From a virus (lineage: Duplodnaviria > Heunggongvirae > Uroviricota > Caudoviricetes), in IMG/VR virus record IMGVR_UViG_3300032335_000499: a DNA stretch of 64,000 nt; one strand, 5' to 3'. The notes under the pieces are model-generated. The model saw nothing but the letters and a program-made list of their open reading frames with translations. It was not told the origin of the DNA and did no database searches. Below are positions 46,864 to 55,726 of the stretch, in pieces (positions within the stretch are counted from its first letter, which is position 1; each line of letters begins with the position of its first letter). The translations under genes were made by a program, and so were the position numbers.

Positions 46864-47451
46864 ATGAGCTTAGTTCCAATGGTGCTTGAACAGACCTCAC
46901 GCGGTGAGCGTTCATACGACATTTATTCCCGACTGCTTAAGGACCGTGTAATTTTGCTTGAGGGCGAAGTGCATGACCAAATGGCAAACCTTATTGTAGC
47001 ACAATTGCTATATCTCGAAAGTGAGAATCCTGATGCAGACATTAGCCTTTACATCAATAGCCCAGGCGGCAGTGTTACTGCTGGTATGGCAATCTATGAC
47101 ACTATGCAGTTTGTAAGGCCCGATATTACTACTATCGTGATGGGTCAAGCTTGCTCAATGGGTTCGTTACTTGCTCAAGCAGGGGCTCCTGGTAAACGTA
47201 AGATGCTTCCTCATGCACGACATATGATTCACCAGCCCTCAGGCGGCGCACGTGGTCAGGCTACTGATATGGAAATTCAAGTTAAAGAAATTCTTGCAAT
47301 GAAGAAGTCATTGACTGAAATCTATGTCAATCATAATAGTGCTGGCAAGACATATGAACAGCTTATTGCTGACATGGAACGTGACTTCTTTATGAGTGCG
47401 CCAGAAGCACTTGCATATGGGCTTATTGATGAGGTAATCATCAAGCGTTAA
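46864..47451 (+). CDS. clpP: ClpP protease proteolytic subunit
   Basis: [30 protein letters not shown] and ERDFFM. Confidence 0.97.
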   Translation: MSLVPMVLEQTSRGERSYDIYSRLLKDRVILLEGEVHDQMANLIVAQLLYLESENPDADISLYINSPGGSVTAGMAIYDTMQFVRPDITTIVMGQACSMGSLLAQAGAPGKRKMLPHARHMIHQPSGGARGQATDMEIQVKEILAMKKSLTEIYVNHNSAGKTYEQLIADMERDFFMSAPEALAYGLIDEVIIKR

Positions 47452-47497
47452 AATTATTTCTGCGTAATAAATACTACTTTAATAGGGGAGTAATGCC

Positions 47498-47692
47498 ATG
47501 AATTCATATCGTACAGTAACGAAGCAGGCGTCTCCCGGATCTAGTAAAGATGTAGTAAACATTTATCATAACGGTAAATTCAAAATTGCATATCGCTATA
47601 AAGACTGGTCCGAAGAAGCTGTAGTCAAAGAACTTGATTTTCTTCGGATACGGTTTTCTGATAGTAACGGATATCTGATAGAAATAGGTTGA
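47498..47692 (+). CDS. Hypothetical protein
   Basis: TAAATA 47468 and GGGGAG SD. Confidence 0.5.
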   Translation: MNSYRTVTKQASPGSSKDVVNIYHNGKFKIAYRYKDWSEEAVVKELDFLRIRFSDSNGYLIEIG

Positions 47693-47723
47693 CTCTACAC
47701 TCATTTGGATGTAGAGTTAATCT

Positions 47724-47987
47724 ATGGATAATGAAGATTTTTATCATAAGTGCGCTGAACTGCTGGGAGTTGACTATGACTGCCAGCCGTTCCCATGGAC
47801 CCACTCTAACCGTACACGATGGAACAATCGTGCGCCGGGTTCTGGGCGTTATCCTGGCTTCGGTATCATTCGCAAGTTTGGTAATCAGATACATGTAGCA
47901 TTGTCTAACCCTATCAGCCATCACGGTATCTATGATAGCGAGGAAGAGGTCCTAACTTTTTTGCAGAATTTGGATAAAAGTGGTTGA
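47724..47987 (+). CDS. Hypothetical protein
   Basis: Open frame with RTRWNNR..G.GRYPGFG. Confidence 0.6.
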   Translation: MDNEDFYHKCAELLGVDYDCQPFPWTHSNRTRWNNRAPGSGRYPGFGIIRKFGNQIHVALSNPISHHGIYDSEEEVLTFLQNLDKSG

Positions 47988-48031
47988 CATTAGTTACCCA
48001 TTTTGCTATAAAGAGATATAGCAAGGAGATA
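47984..48031 (+). promoter_or_regulatory. Sigma70-like promoter, near-copy of the 37894 cassette
   Basis: TTGACA-17-TATAAA; shares AGTTACCCATTTTGCTATA and ATATAGCAAGGAGATA with 37894. Confidence 0.8.
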
Positions 48032-48036
48032 TTGAT

Positions 48037-48429
48037 ATGGCATTCACTTATAAAGCAAATCCTAAAGAACTCATTGGTAGGGAAGTGAACGCAAGTTATT
48101 TGCGTGGAAACCGTAACTGGGTCACTAGTTACGGCAGTATCTCCAAATTTCTTAGTAATAACCGAGTTCGCTTAGTACACACAGATAACAGTTTTTCTGT
48201 CCGAGTGTTTCGAGAAGAATGGGGAATACTTACTTTTGATCCTCAGGCAGGTGATACTGTTTATGGGGATAGCAAGTGGAACGACCCTGATCGTGCCGGA
48301 CAGTATAAGTTTGGTGGAGATTGGTGGTGGGAAGGCATTGTTCAAGAAGTCCATGACGATTATGTAATTGTTAAACTTCCTGTTACAGGCCGACTATCCC
48401 GTCGTAAAAAAATTCGTCCTCACCCGTAA
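48037..48429 (+). CDS. Hypothetical early protein
   Basis: SD AAGGAG after the promoter. Confidence 0.65.
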   Translation: MAFTYKANPKELIGREVNASYLRGNRNWVTSYGSISKFLSNNRVRLVHTDNSFSVRVFREEWGILTFDPQAGDTVYGDSKWNDPDRAGQYKFGGDWWWEGIVQEVHDDYVIVKLPVTGRLSRRKKIRPHP

Positions 48430-48437
48430 CATTTCGG

Positions 48438-48491
48438 TTGACATGCCCATAAAACGGGTATATAGTGAATTATAAGCTGAGAAAACGGAGA
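48438..48491 (+). promoter_or_regulatory. Sigma70-like promoter with a 24-nt leader repeated at 49661
   Basis: TTGACA-17-TATAGT; AATTATAAGCTGAGAAAACGGAGA 48468-48491. Confidence 0.8.
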
Positions 48492-48497
48492 TTGAAT

Positions 48498-48776
48498 ATG
48501 AATAAGTTTGAAACCCTCTCGCACTTCGTACTGACCCAAGCGGACAACGAAGAACTTAACACTCTCGTTGAATATATCAAGATGCGCCGTCAGCAGATTA
48601 CTAAGTCTACTGTGCGCTCTGTGACAAAGGGTACTAAGGTCACCTTCACTGGTCGCACTGGCACTGTGTATAACGGTACTGTTATGGATGTGAAGATTAA
48701 GAACCTTGTCGTTGAAACGCAGCTTGGTCGCTATCGTGTCCCTGCTTCAATGGTCAAGATTGTTCAGGAGGCGTAA
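48498..48776 (+). CDS. Hypothetical early protein (SH3-like beta C-terminus)
   Basis: KGTKVTFTGR..G.V...K.KN..V pattern. Confidence 0.65.
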   Translation: MNKFETLSHFVLTQADNEELNTLVEYIKMRRQQITKSTVRSVTKGTKVTFTGRTGTVYNGTVMDVKIKNLVVETQLGRYRVPASMVKIVQEA

Positions 48777-48777
48777 G

Positions 48778-48921
48778 ATGAAGTACTTGCTGATGATTGT
48801 TGGTATTCTTGTTTTGTGTGTCCCGGATGATGCTGGCTGGTTGCAGTTTGTGTTGCAGGGTGCTATCGGTCTTGCAATGTTTATTACTGGTGTTATTCTA
48901 ACCCTTGAAGAGGATAAGTGA
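48778..48921 (+). CDS. Small membrane protein
   Basis: GGAGG SD; two hydrophobic segments. Confidence 0.55.
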   Translation: MKYLLMIVGILVLCVPDDAGWLQFVLQGAIGLAMFITGVILTLEEDK

Positions 48922-48922
48922 A

Positions 48923-49156
48923 ATGAAAGATATTTTAAAAACAGTTTTTGATTATGTATTCAGCTTTGGGATGGTAATGTTCCTATTTTTTGTAGGATTC
49001 CTTCTTCTGATTGGTGGTATTGCTGAACAGACAAGTGCAACCCGTAAACAAACTTTGGCGCTTACCGAAGCCTGCTATGCTCAGGGAATGGTTCTCGTTC
49101 GCACTGATGCTGGTCAGCGTTGTGTTCTTCCCCAGTCACTCGTAAAGGTTAAGTAA
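48923..49156 (+). CDS. Small membrane-anchored protein
   Basis: TM followed by CYAQGMV...C. Confidence 0.55.
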   Translation: MKDILKTVFDYVFSFGMVMFLFFVGFLLLIGGIAEQTSATRKQTLALTEACYAQGMVLVRTDAGQRCVLPQSLVKVK

Positions 49157-49157
49157 A

Positions 49158-49601
49158 ATGGGTCTTGATATGTATCTCAATGCCGAGCGTTACCTGTGGA
49201 GTCACGAAGACGGTGACAAGCAGATTAGCGAAAACATCGGACAGCTTGTAGGATTGCCTACTGACGGTAAGGTAAAAACTATCACAGTTGAAGCTGGTTA
49301 CTGGCGTAAGTCTAATCAAATTCATAACTGGTTTGTTGCTAATGTGCAGGAAGGCAAGGACGAATGCCAGGAAGCATATGTCAGTCGTGAACAACTAACA
49401 GAGTTGCGTGAGGTTTGCCAAAAGATTCTTGACAATAACGAACTAGCTGAAAAGCTGCTTCCAACTGCATCAGGATTCTTCTTCGGCGGAACCGAATATG
49501 ACCAGTGGTACTTCAATGACATTGAAGAAACTATCAAGATTATTGATAACGCACTGTTGATGCCTAAACAATGGGATTTCAACTACCGTTCAAGCTGGTA
49601 A
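49158..49601 (+). CDS. Conserved phage hypothetical protein (MGLDMY family)
   Basis: MGLDMYL, YWRKSNQIHNWFV and GFFFGGTEYD. Confidence 0.8.
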   Translation: MGLDMYLNAERYLWSHEDGDKQISENIGQLVGLPTDGKVKTITVEAGYWRKSNQIHNWFVANVQEGKDECQEAYVSREQLTELREVCQKILDNNELAEKLLPTASGFFFGGTEYDQWYFNDIEETIKIIDNALLMPKQWDFNYRSSW

Positions 49602-49630
49602 AAAAAATCGTACCTGAGGTCACTTTTCGG

Positions 49631-49684
49631 TTGACTTCGGGTACCTTTTCGTGTAGAGTTAATTATAAGCTGAGAAAACGGAGA
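49631..49684 (+). promoter_or_regulatory. Sigma70-like promoter with the repeated 24-nt leader
   Basis: TTGACT-17-TAGAGT; leader identical to 48468-48491. Confidence 0.75.
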
Positions 49685-49690
49685 CACACA

Positions 49691-49966
49691 ATGATCTACA
49701 CTGTCAAGATTTATCGCTATGATCGTCGCTGCAAGAGCGGTGAACGCTTTGTCAACTCATATGACTTTGACCGCAAGGACAATGCTGCAATGGATCGTGA
49801 AGTCAACGCTCTCCGTGGTGCTGGCTACTTTGACGATATGTTTCGCATTGAGTATGCTCCCAAATTCATCACTGTCAAGAACATCATGAGCGGCAAGGAT
49901 GTGCAGATTGCTGCTGATACTCCTTGGAGCTGCCGCCCCGATTCCGAATCCTACTGGAGTGCATAA
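49691..49966 (+). CDS. Hypothetical early protein
   Basis: VKNIMSGKDVQI..DTPWSCRP.SE.YWS. Confidence 0.65.
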   Translation: MIYTVKIYRYDRRCKSGERFVNSYDFDRKDNAAMDREVNALRGAGYFDDMFRIEYAPKFITVKNIMSGKDVQIAADTPWSCRPDSESYWSA

Positions 49967-49967
49967 G

Positions 49968-50150
49968 ATGGTTAAAGATATCAACGAAGCAAACCGTATC
50001 GTAGGTAAGATGGCTAAGGAGCGTTATCGTTCCAGCGATGAAGTGCTTGCCGAATTCATGCGTTATCAGAAAGAAGGTGAGTGTCAGCATTTTTGGCCTG
50101 ACGAAAATACTGCCTGCAGGATGCTGTTGCGTATCGGAGTGCCGGTATAA
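49968..50150 (+). CDS. Hypothetical protein
   Basis: ATG directly after the upstream stop. Confidence 0.5.
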   Translation: MVKDINEANRIVGKMAKERYRSSDEVLAEFMRYQKEGECQHFWPDENTACRMLLRIGVPV

Positions 50151-50260
50151 TGGGCGGGCTGTTCGTAGTATTAGTTACATGGGTACTCAAAGATGAAATC
50201 AGTAATTGGTTATCAGACGCAGTTGCCGAAGGCATCCGTCGTAGTAAAAAGGAAAAGTAA
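50150..50260 (+). CDS. 36-aa membrane peptide, not in the ORF track
   Basis: TAATG coupling; MGGLFVVLVTWVLKDEISNWLSDAVAEGIRRSKKEK. Confidence 0.45.
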   Translation: MGGLFVVLVTWVLKDEISNWLSDAVAEGIRRSKKEK

Positions 50261-50261
50261 A

Positions 50262-50477
50262 ATGGAAGACTTGTTTAAGCTGATCGGGCTGATTGTTGCC
50301 AGTGTTGTGGTGGCCGTAGTCGTTGGGTTATTGTTCAGTCTCCCTGTCATGTGGCTTTGGAATGCTGCTTTGGTTCCTGCTATTCCGGGAATTAAGACCA
50401 TCGGATGGCTCCAAGCGTGGGGTATCTTGATGCTGTGTGGATTCTTGTTCAAGCCTATGACCAATAGTAAGGACTAA
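50262..50477 (+). CDS. Small two-TM membrane protein
   Basis: SLPVMWLWN...IGWLQAWGILMLCGFLFK. Confidence 0.65.
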   Translation: MEDLFKLIGLIVASVVVAVVVGLLFSLPVMWLWNAALVPAIPGIKTIGWLQAWGILMLCGFLFKPMTNSKD

Positions 50478-50480
50478 GAA

Positions 50481-50681
50481 ATGTATACTCTTATTGCACT
50501 GCTAACTATGACTACCCTAGGGTCATACCCTACTCAGGCCCGCTGTGAGGCGGCTGTACGACAGATTTACGCACAGCAATTGGATCCGTATAACATGATG
50601 GAACCAGCTGCCAAACAGAAGGTACTGACACTAAAGATGAAGTATGTTGCCCCTAGGGAGTACCGCTGCCAAAAGGTTTAA
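50481..50681 (+). CDS. Hypothetical protein
   Basis: AAGGA SD; hydrophobic start. Confidence 0.5.
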   Translation: MYTLIALLTMTTLGSYPTQARCEAAVRQIYAQQLDPYNMMEPAAKQKVLTLKMKYVAPREYRCQKV

Positions 50682-50724
50682 AACTAAATATGTCTGTACC
50701 CGAATAACAAAAAGGATAAAAGGT

Positions 50725-50967
50725 ATGGACATATTAGGAAAACTCAAAGGTATGCTTGCCGAAGGTGACGGCAAACTTAGCAACAAGCGTGTAATCACCC
50801 TATTAAGTACATTGATGCTCGTTGTAGCATTTGTGGCTAATCTGTTTTTCAATTACAAGATTGATGATAACATTCTAAATGCTATCATGTTTGTAATCAT
50901 CGGTGGTATGGGCATCACTGGCATGGAGAAGTTTGCTCCAAAAATAACTGATCAAATCAAAAAATAA
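50725..50967 (+). CDS. Two-TM membrane protein (holin-like size)
   Basis: LSNKRVITLL; two TMs; basic C-terminus; TAAATA 50685. Confidence 0.55.
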   Translation: MDILGKLKGMLAEGDGKLSNKRVITLLSTLMLVVAFVANLFFNYKIDDNILNAIMFVIIGGMGITGMEKFAPKITDQIKK

Positions 50968-50970
50968 TAC

Positions 50971-51022
50971 TTGACATTACCTCGTTTTGGGCATATAGTG
51001 AATCTATAGTTTGAAACGAGGT
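50971..51022 (+). promoter_or_regulatory. Sigma70-like promoter within a hairpin covering the SD
   Basis: TTGACA-17-TATAGT; ACCTCGTTT 50979 / AAACGAGGT 51014. Confidence 0.78.
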
Positions 51023-51027
51023 TTGTC

Positions 51028-51423
51028 ATGGATATGCTTACAGTAGGTAACGAAGTTACTATCAAAGTCAAAAATGTAATGTGGCCCGTTCGTCATCGCT
51101 ATGCGAATGGTGTTGCTGGTCCTGAGTTCAATGTGTACACTGGTACCGTTGTTCGTGAGAAGTGGTTTGGTGCAGAAGAAATTGGCATCACTACTGGCAA
51201 TCCCCAATTCCCCTTTCGTCGCATTCATCGTGAGCGTATCGTAGAAGTCGGTGGCGCTACGATTGATTATACTCCTGTCAAAAGTGACCGCATCACTAAG
51301 ACTGTTCAGGGCAGCAAGGGTAACACCTACATTGTCACTGCTGAAAATGGTAAGGCTACCTGCACTTGTCAGGGCTTCTCGTTCCGCAAGACTTGTAAGC
51401 ACACTCTAGAGGTGCTGGCATAA
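51028..51423 (+). CDS. SWIM zinc-finger protein
   Basis: GSKGNTYIV...CTCQGF..RKTCKH. Confidence 0.8.
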   Translation: MDMLTVGNEVTIKVKNVMWPVRHRYANGVAGPEFNVYTGTVVREKWFGAEEIGITTGNPQFPFRRIHRERIVEVGGATIDYTPVKSDRITKTVQGSKGNTYIVTAENGKATCTCQGFSFRKTCKHTLEVLA

Positions 51424-51620
51424 TGCGTATTCGTGCTGTTATTGAGTTTGACCTCACATTTAGCGATGATATTCCGAACATTGAGGAGTTAACTGCATAC
51501 CATAACGCTAACCTAAACGAGAGTATTGCTCTAGAAATCAAAAATCTTCTAGAGGATGAGCATCGTGGTCTAGCAGAATATGATAGTGCTGTTGTGTCTG
51601 TGCGAGAGGTTCTTGTATAA
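51423..51620 (+). CDS. Hypothetical protein
   Basis: Coupled ORF. Confidence 0.55.
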   Translation: MRIRAVIEFDLTFSDDIPNIEELTAYHNANLNESIALEIKNLLEDEHRGLAEYDSAVVSVREVLV

Positions 51621-51829
51621 TGCAGTGGGTTCGTGAACATAGCAAGCCTTATAAGCTGGAGCTGAAATACAAGCCCGGCTATGATGTTTGGCGTGAGGTG
51701 CAAGATACTCTCACTGAATCCAAAAAGTGGTGCAAGCAGAACAAGATGATGATTTGGGATGATGGATTGTTCTATATTCGATTTACTAATGAGCGGGACC
51801 TATCCTGGTTCCTGTTGAGGTGGTCATGA
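51620..51829 (+). CDS. LRWS-family small protein 1
   Basis: KWCKQN...RFTNERDLSWFLLRWS. Confidence 0.65.
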   Translation: MQWVREHSKPYKLELKYKPGYDVWREVQDTLTESKKWCKQNKMMIWDDGLFYIRFTNERDLSWFLLRWS

Positions 51830-52035
51830 AAACTGCATTCACATTTAAGAATTGGTATTGGGGCGATGAAGAACCTCCGCAATGGTGGAGCAACTTCTTG
51901 CGCGGCCGCTGGGCAACTGATGCTTATAAAGAATTATATCCTATTGCTAAGGTTAGAGAAAAAACAAACGGCGACATTCGTGTTGTATTCAATGATCCTA
52001 ATGAACTTGCATTCTTTATATTGAGGTGGTCGTGA
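51826..52035 (+). CDS. LRWS-family small protein 2
   Basis: VFNDPNELAFFILRWS. Confidence 0.65.
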   Translation: MKTAFTFKNWYWGDEEPPQWWSNFLRGRWATDAYKELYPIAKVREKTNGDIRVVFNDPNELAFFILRWS

Positions 52036-52340
52036 GTGTAACATCCGTTACCTACGGTAAATGGGTGCAGATTAAGCGAGTTGTACCAAAGTTTGTTTGG
52101 CGCACTGGACATGCTGCAGGAAACCCAATCGATTTAGGTTTCACCGCTGCACGTGGCAAGATTAGTAAAGGCGACATGCTCATTTCAGGCTGGATATCTG
52201 ATATTGATCCTCATGATTATGGAGATATGCGAGAATGGTGTGAACAGAATCTAAAGCACAGTGACTGGTGTACAGGTGTCTATTACATTATCCTGCAACG
52301 GGAAGAAGATGTTGCCTGGTTTATGTTGAGGTGGTCATAA
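52032..52340 (+). CDS. LRWS-family small protein 3
   Basis: EWCEQN...QREEDVAWFMLRWS; GTG start overlapping the upstream TGA. Confidence 0.6.
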   Translation: MSVTSVTYGKWVQIKRVVPKFVWRTGHAAGNPIDLGFTAARGKISKGDMLISGWISDIDPHDYGDMREWCEQNLKHSDWCTGVYYIILQREEDVAWFMLRWS

Positions 52341-52564
52341 TGGCATATTGGGATGGCGGAGATTGGCCTTTGGTAAAGAAGTGGGAATGGGAAGAACGTA
52401 GAGTTTGGTGGCCAGGCTTGCAATGTGAGCGCAACTACAAATTCTTGTTTTTGAAAAAGGCATATTACGGCAGGTACTACAGTGATTTTGAATTCGTTCG
52501 TGACATGTGGCTATCCAAAGAAGAATTTTTGTTTGCCCAGCTAAGAGGTGATTTTAGTGGTTGA
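52340..52564 (+). CDS. Trp-rich hypothetical protein
   Basis: TAATG coupling. Confidence 0.5.
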   Translation: MAYWDGGDWPLVKKWEWEERRVWWPGLQCERNYKFLFLKKAYYGRYYSDFEFVRDMWLSKEEFLFAQLRGDFSG

Positions 52565-52603
52565 CATTACCTCTATAATTTGCTATAACAGTATAGTAAG
52601 GAG
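52561..52603 (+). promoter_or_regulatory. Sigma70-like promoter with an inverted repeat reaching the SD
   Basis: TTGACA-17-TATAAC; TTGCTATA-ACAG-TATAGTAA-GGAG. Confidence 0.72.
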
Positions 52604-52609
52604 ACAATT

Positions 52610-53011
52610 ATGACGATGCAATTGATGAGCCATGCTTATACTACGACTTCTACTAAGAAGCGTAAGAACAAGCCTGTAACTATCAACGCCAAGTATGCAA
52701 CAGAGTTCCGTGAACATAACAAGTTCATGCGCCGGATTGGATGCAAAGAAAAGTCTCTTGATGAATATATTCAGTATCGTCAGGGCAACTACAAGCCTGC
52801 CTTGAAAGGTACTCCTATGCCTAAGTATGAGATTTCTAATCATCGTGAAAAGTATCCGTCAGGTGATGTTATCGGTACGACATATGCTCGTAAGGAAAAT
52901 GTCTACACTGGCACATTGATTAAGGGCATCGCTACTATGCACAAGAGCAATGCTGTTCCTGTTATTGATCAAAAGCAAGCAATTGAGATTGCTAATATGC
53001 GGCGCGGATAA
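52610..53011 (+). CDS. Conserved basic hypothetical protein
   Basis: YTGTLIKGIATMHKSNAVPV...IANMRR. Confidence 0.75.
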   Translation: MTMQLMSHAYTTTSTKKRKNKPVTINAKYATEFREHNKFMRRIGCKEKSLDEYIQYRQGNYKPALKGTPMPKYEISNHREKYPSGDVIGTTYARKENVYTGTLIKGIATMHKSNAVPVIDQKQAIEIANMRRG

Positions 53012-53118
53012 TGGGCTGTCTGTTTCTTATTGTTGCATTGTTGCTGTTCCCATCATATCCGTGGTTGGTAGCACTGTGTTTGATTTTGGCGTTTTTGTCT
53101 GTGAGGAATGATTTATGA
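53011..53118 (+). CDS. 35-aa hydrophobic peptide, not in the ORF track
   Basis: Couples the upstream stop to the next ATG; MGCLFLIVALLLFPSYPWLVALCLILAFLSVRNDL. Confidence 0.45.
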   Translation: MGCLFLIVALLLFPSYPWLVALCLILAFLSVRNDL

Positions 53119-53603
53119 CGCCAGAACTTGAACAACATATTAGGGAGAAGTACCCACTGATTTTTAGTGGCCGGTGCGAAATGAGTATCAACGATGGCTG
53201 GTTTGATATCATTGATACACTGTGCGGTAACATTCAAAATCGTATTGACAATGTTATTAGGCAGCGTGAATACACTATTGAGTGGAACAAAGATGTAAAC
53301 GATCCTGATTATGATTGGGCGGACCGTAGCTTTGTTAAGCGTAAAGAACGAGAAGTTCCGGAACTTGTTGAGCAAGTAGTTGCTAAACAGATTAAGGAAA
53401 AGTTTGGTACTCTAAGATTCTATTATGATGGGGGCGATGATTACATTCGTGGGCTAGAGGCTATGGCAGCTAGTATGAGTGGTGTTATCTGCGAAGAATG
53501 CGGGAGTCCCGGAACAAGTCGTAGCACCAAGAAACAACGGTGGGTACGAGTATTATGTGAGAAACATGCAGAAGAACAGGGATATATAGAAGATGAATCT
53601 TGA
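53115..53603 (+). CDS. Conserved hypothetical protein with C-terminal zinc-ribbon-like motif
   Basis: DGWFDII, QIKEKFGTLRFY and CEECG...LC..H. Confidence 0.75.
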   Translation: MTPELEQHIREKYPLIFSGRCEMSINDGWFDIIDTLCGNIQNRIDNVIRQREYTIEWNKDVNDPDYDWADRSFVKRKEREVPELVEQVVAKQIKEKFGTLRFYYDGGDDYIRGLEAMAASMSGVICEECGSPGTSRSTKKQRWVRVLCEKHAEEQGYIEDES

Positions 53604-53829
53604 AGTTGAAGCTTACGAAGGTGAACTTACAAAGCTTCGTAAGCTGTATGAAATGGTGAAGCATATTGACCTAGCTGAAAAGTTGGGAGATATTTACTTC
53701 ATCTGCGGCGAAGGTGGAGAGAAGGATAAGAACAATCTCCCTGATCGTATTCATATTTGCCCAGCTTACGGCGTAGATTGGTTTCAAGTTTACGAACGCA
53801 CTGATAAAACATTTGGACCAGAATGGTGA
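53593..53829 (+). CDS. Hypothetical protein
   Basis: Coupled ORF. Confidence 0.6.
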   Translation: MNLEVEAYEGELTKLRKLYEMVKHIDLAEKLGDIYFICGEGGEKDKNNLPDRIHICPAYGVDWFQVYERTDKTFGPEW

Positions 53830-53963
53830 TGCTAAGTGTAGCGGCAGCACTCGCACTTTCATATTGCCCAATTCCTAGGCAAATTGATTGTGAAAATAGA
53901 AACTACTTTTGGTTGGTTCTAGCAATCACTAACGAAAAACCAAAGCCAGATAGTACATAGTCA

Positions 53964-53992
53964 TTGACATTATGTAAATAATATGTTATAAG
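53964..53992 (+). promoter_or_regulatory. Sigma70-like promoter
   Basis: TTGACA-17-TATAAG. Confidence 0.65.
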
Positions 53993-53997
53993 AGTAT

Positions 53998-54840
53998 ATG
54001 ATGAAAATTGCACTAGCTTCGGATCTCCACTTGGAGTTTGAAACAATTACCCTGCCCAACACAGAGGGGGCGAAGGTCCTCATTCTGTCTGGTGATATTT
54101 GTGTAGCACATTCGCTGCACGACCATCCTATTGACAAGCCTGTTCCTGCTGATGCTATGAAGCCTGGACGTAATCAAGGTGCTGCTTATAAGTACCGTGA
54201 GTTCTTCCATCATGTCAGTGCAGAATATGACCATGTAGTATACTTGGCAGGCAATCATGAGTTCTATCATGGTCGTTTCCCTGATGCATATGATTGGTTG
54301 CGTGAAGAAATGAAGAACTACAGCAACATTCACTTCCTTGACAAAGAACAAGTTGAGATTGATGGCATAACCTTTGTAGGAGGCACCCTCTGGACAGATA
54401 TGAACAAGAACGACCCTACTACTATGCAGTTGATTGAGGGCATGATGAATGACTTTAAAATCATTCGTAACAGTCAGCGTAACTACGGTAGATTTACCCC
54501 TCTGAACGCCGTAGTGCATCACAGAGAGACGCTAGAGTACATTAAGAGCGTAGTTGACAGCGATGCTTCTAAGAAGTATGTAGTAGTCGGCCATCACGCT
54601 CCTTCGTCATTGAGCATTCATGAAACATACAAGAATGATTACTATATGAATGGCGGGTACTACAGCGACCTGTCAGAGTTCATTCTAGATCGCCCTCAGA
54701 TAGCCCTCTGGACGCACGGACATATGCACAACCCTTCTGACTACATGATGGGTGACACTCGCATTGTGTGCAATCCTAGGGGCTATAAGGGGCACGATCC
54801 TCACGCTGATTATTTTGAACTAAAGTTTTTGGAGATTTAA
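53998..54840 (+). CDS. Calcineurin-like metallophosphoesterase (intact)
   Basis: SDLH, GD, GNHE, HHAP and HGHMH. Confidence 0.92.
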   Translation: MMKIALASDLHLEFETITLPNTEGAKVLILSGDICVAHSLHDHPIDKPVPADAMKPGRNQGAAYKYREFFHHVSAEYDHVVYLAGNHEFYHGRFPDAYDWLREEMKNYSNIHFLDKEQVEIDGITFVGGTLWTDMNKNDPTTMQLIEGMMNDFKIIRNSQRNYGRFTPLNAVVHHRETLEYIKSVVDSDASKKYVVVGHHAPSSLSIHETYKNDYYMNGGYYSDLSEFILDRPQIALWTHGHMHNPSDYMMGDTRIVCNPRGYKGHDPHADYFELKFLEI

Positions 54841-54841
54841 A

Positions 54842-55177
54842 ATGGACTTTTTTACTGTTATTGCTTTTATCGTGTATGGGTACGGAATGTTTTGGTTGGG
54901 CAAAACTGCTGCCATAAAGGCAGTAGGATCCAAACATATTCAAGATACATTGAGCCGAGCAACTATCCCTATCGGAGTTTTGGAGAAGGTTGATAATCAG
55001 TATTATCTCTATGAGAAGGATAGTACTAACTTTCTGTGTCAAGCAGCAAAGCTTGAAGACATTCCATTGAATCTTTGGGATAACAAGAAGATTTCACTTG
55101 CTGTTGTTCTTTATCCGGAAGAAGCTGGCGAGAAGGCATTTTGGTGCATCAACGGAAAGCTTCGGTTAGTTGAATGA
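54842..55177 (+). CDS. Membrane-anchored hypothetical protein
   Basis: N-terminal TM. Confidence 0.55.
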   Translation: MDFFTVIAFIVYGYGMFWLGKTAAIKAVGSKHIQDTLSRATIPIGVLEKVDNQYYLYEKDSTNFLCQAAKLEDIPLNLWDNKKISLAVVLYPEEAGEKAFWCINGKLRLVE

Positions 55178-55716
55178 AGGTTAACCTAAGCAGATACCCC
55201 AAAGGCAATGGAAAGCGCCGAATCAATGTAGAGATTGAACCATTCGATACATGGGGACTTGACCATACCTTAGCAACTATTATCCTGCCTGCGCTCATTC
55301 AGCTTAAGAATACAAAGCACGGTGTACCTAATGAATTTACTTCTCGTGTAGGTGGAGACTTTGACAATAACTTAGTATTTGATTTTATCAAGGAAGATGA
55401 TAATATAGTTTTTGACCAACTATGCGATAGCTGGGACGAAGTACTTGATAAGATGATTTGGAGCTTCCTTCAACTTAGCATTGAAGATGATTACGATAGC
55501 CAGTATCATCATGGCAAAATGGATATTGCTTGGGAAAAATTACCGGACAAGCTACACCCCAACCCTACTACCGGAGTTAAGGAACCACTCTATCAGATGG
55601 TAGATAAAAATCCCGGAGAACACTGGTATGACCATATCGGTAGTCAAGAACATGAAAAAAGAATTCAAGAAGGATTAGAGTTGTTCGGTAAGCATTTTAG
55701 AGATTTGTGGGATTAA
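55174..55716 (+). CDS. Conserved hypothetical protein
   Basis: DTWGLDHTLA.II.P.L.QLK...GLELFGK.F..LWD. Confidence 0.75.
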   Translation: MKVNLSRYPKGNGKRRINVEIEPFDTWGLDHTLATIILPALIQLKNTKHGVPNEFTSRVGGDFDNNLVFDFIKEDDNIVFDQLCDSWDEVLDKMIWSFLQLSIEDDYDSQYHHGKMDIAWEKLPDKLHPNPTTGVKEPLYQMVDKNPGEHWYDHIGSQEHEKRIQEGLELFGKHFRDLWD

Positions 55717-55726
55717 GGAATACTAA

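Noticed and set aside
53829-53960. 43-codon ORF MLSVAAALALSYC... before the 53964 promoter
   Set aside because: Coupled start but no clear SD and no motif; cannot be supported beyond possible.
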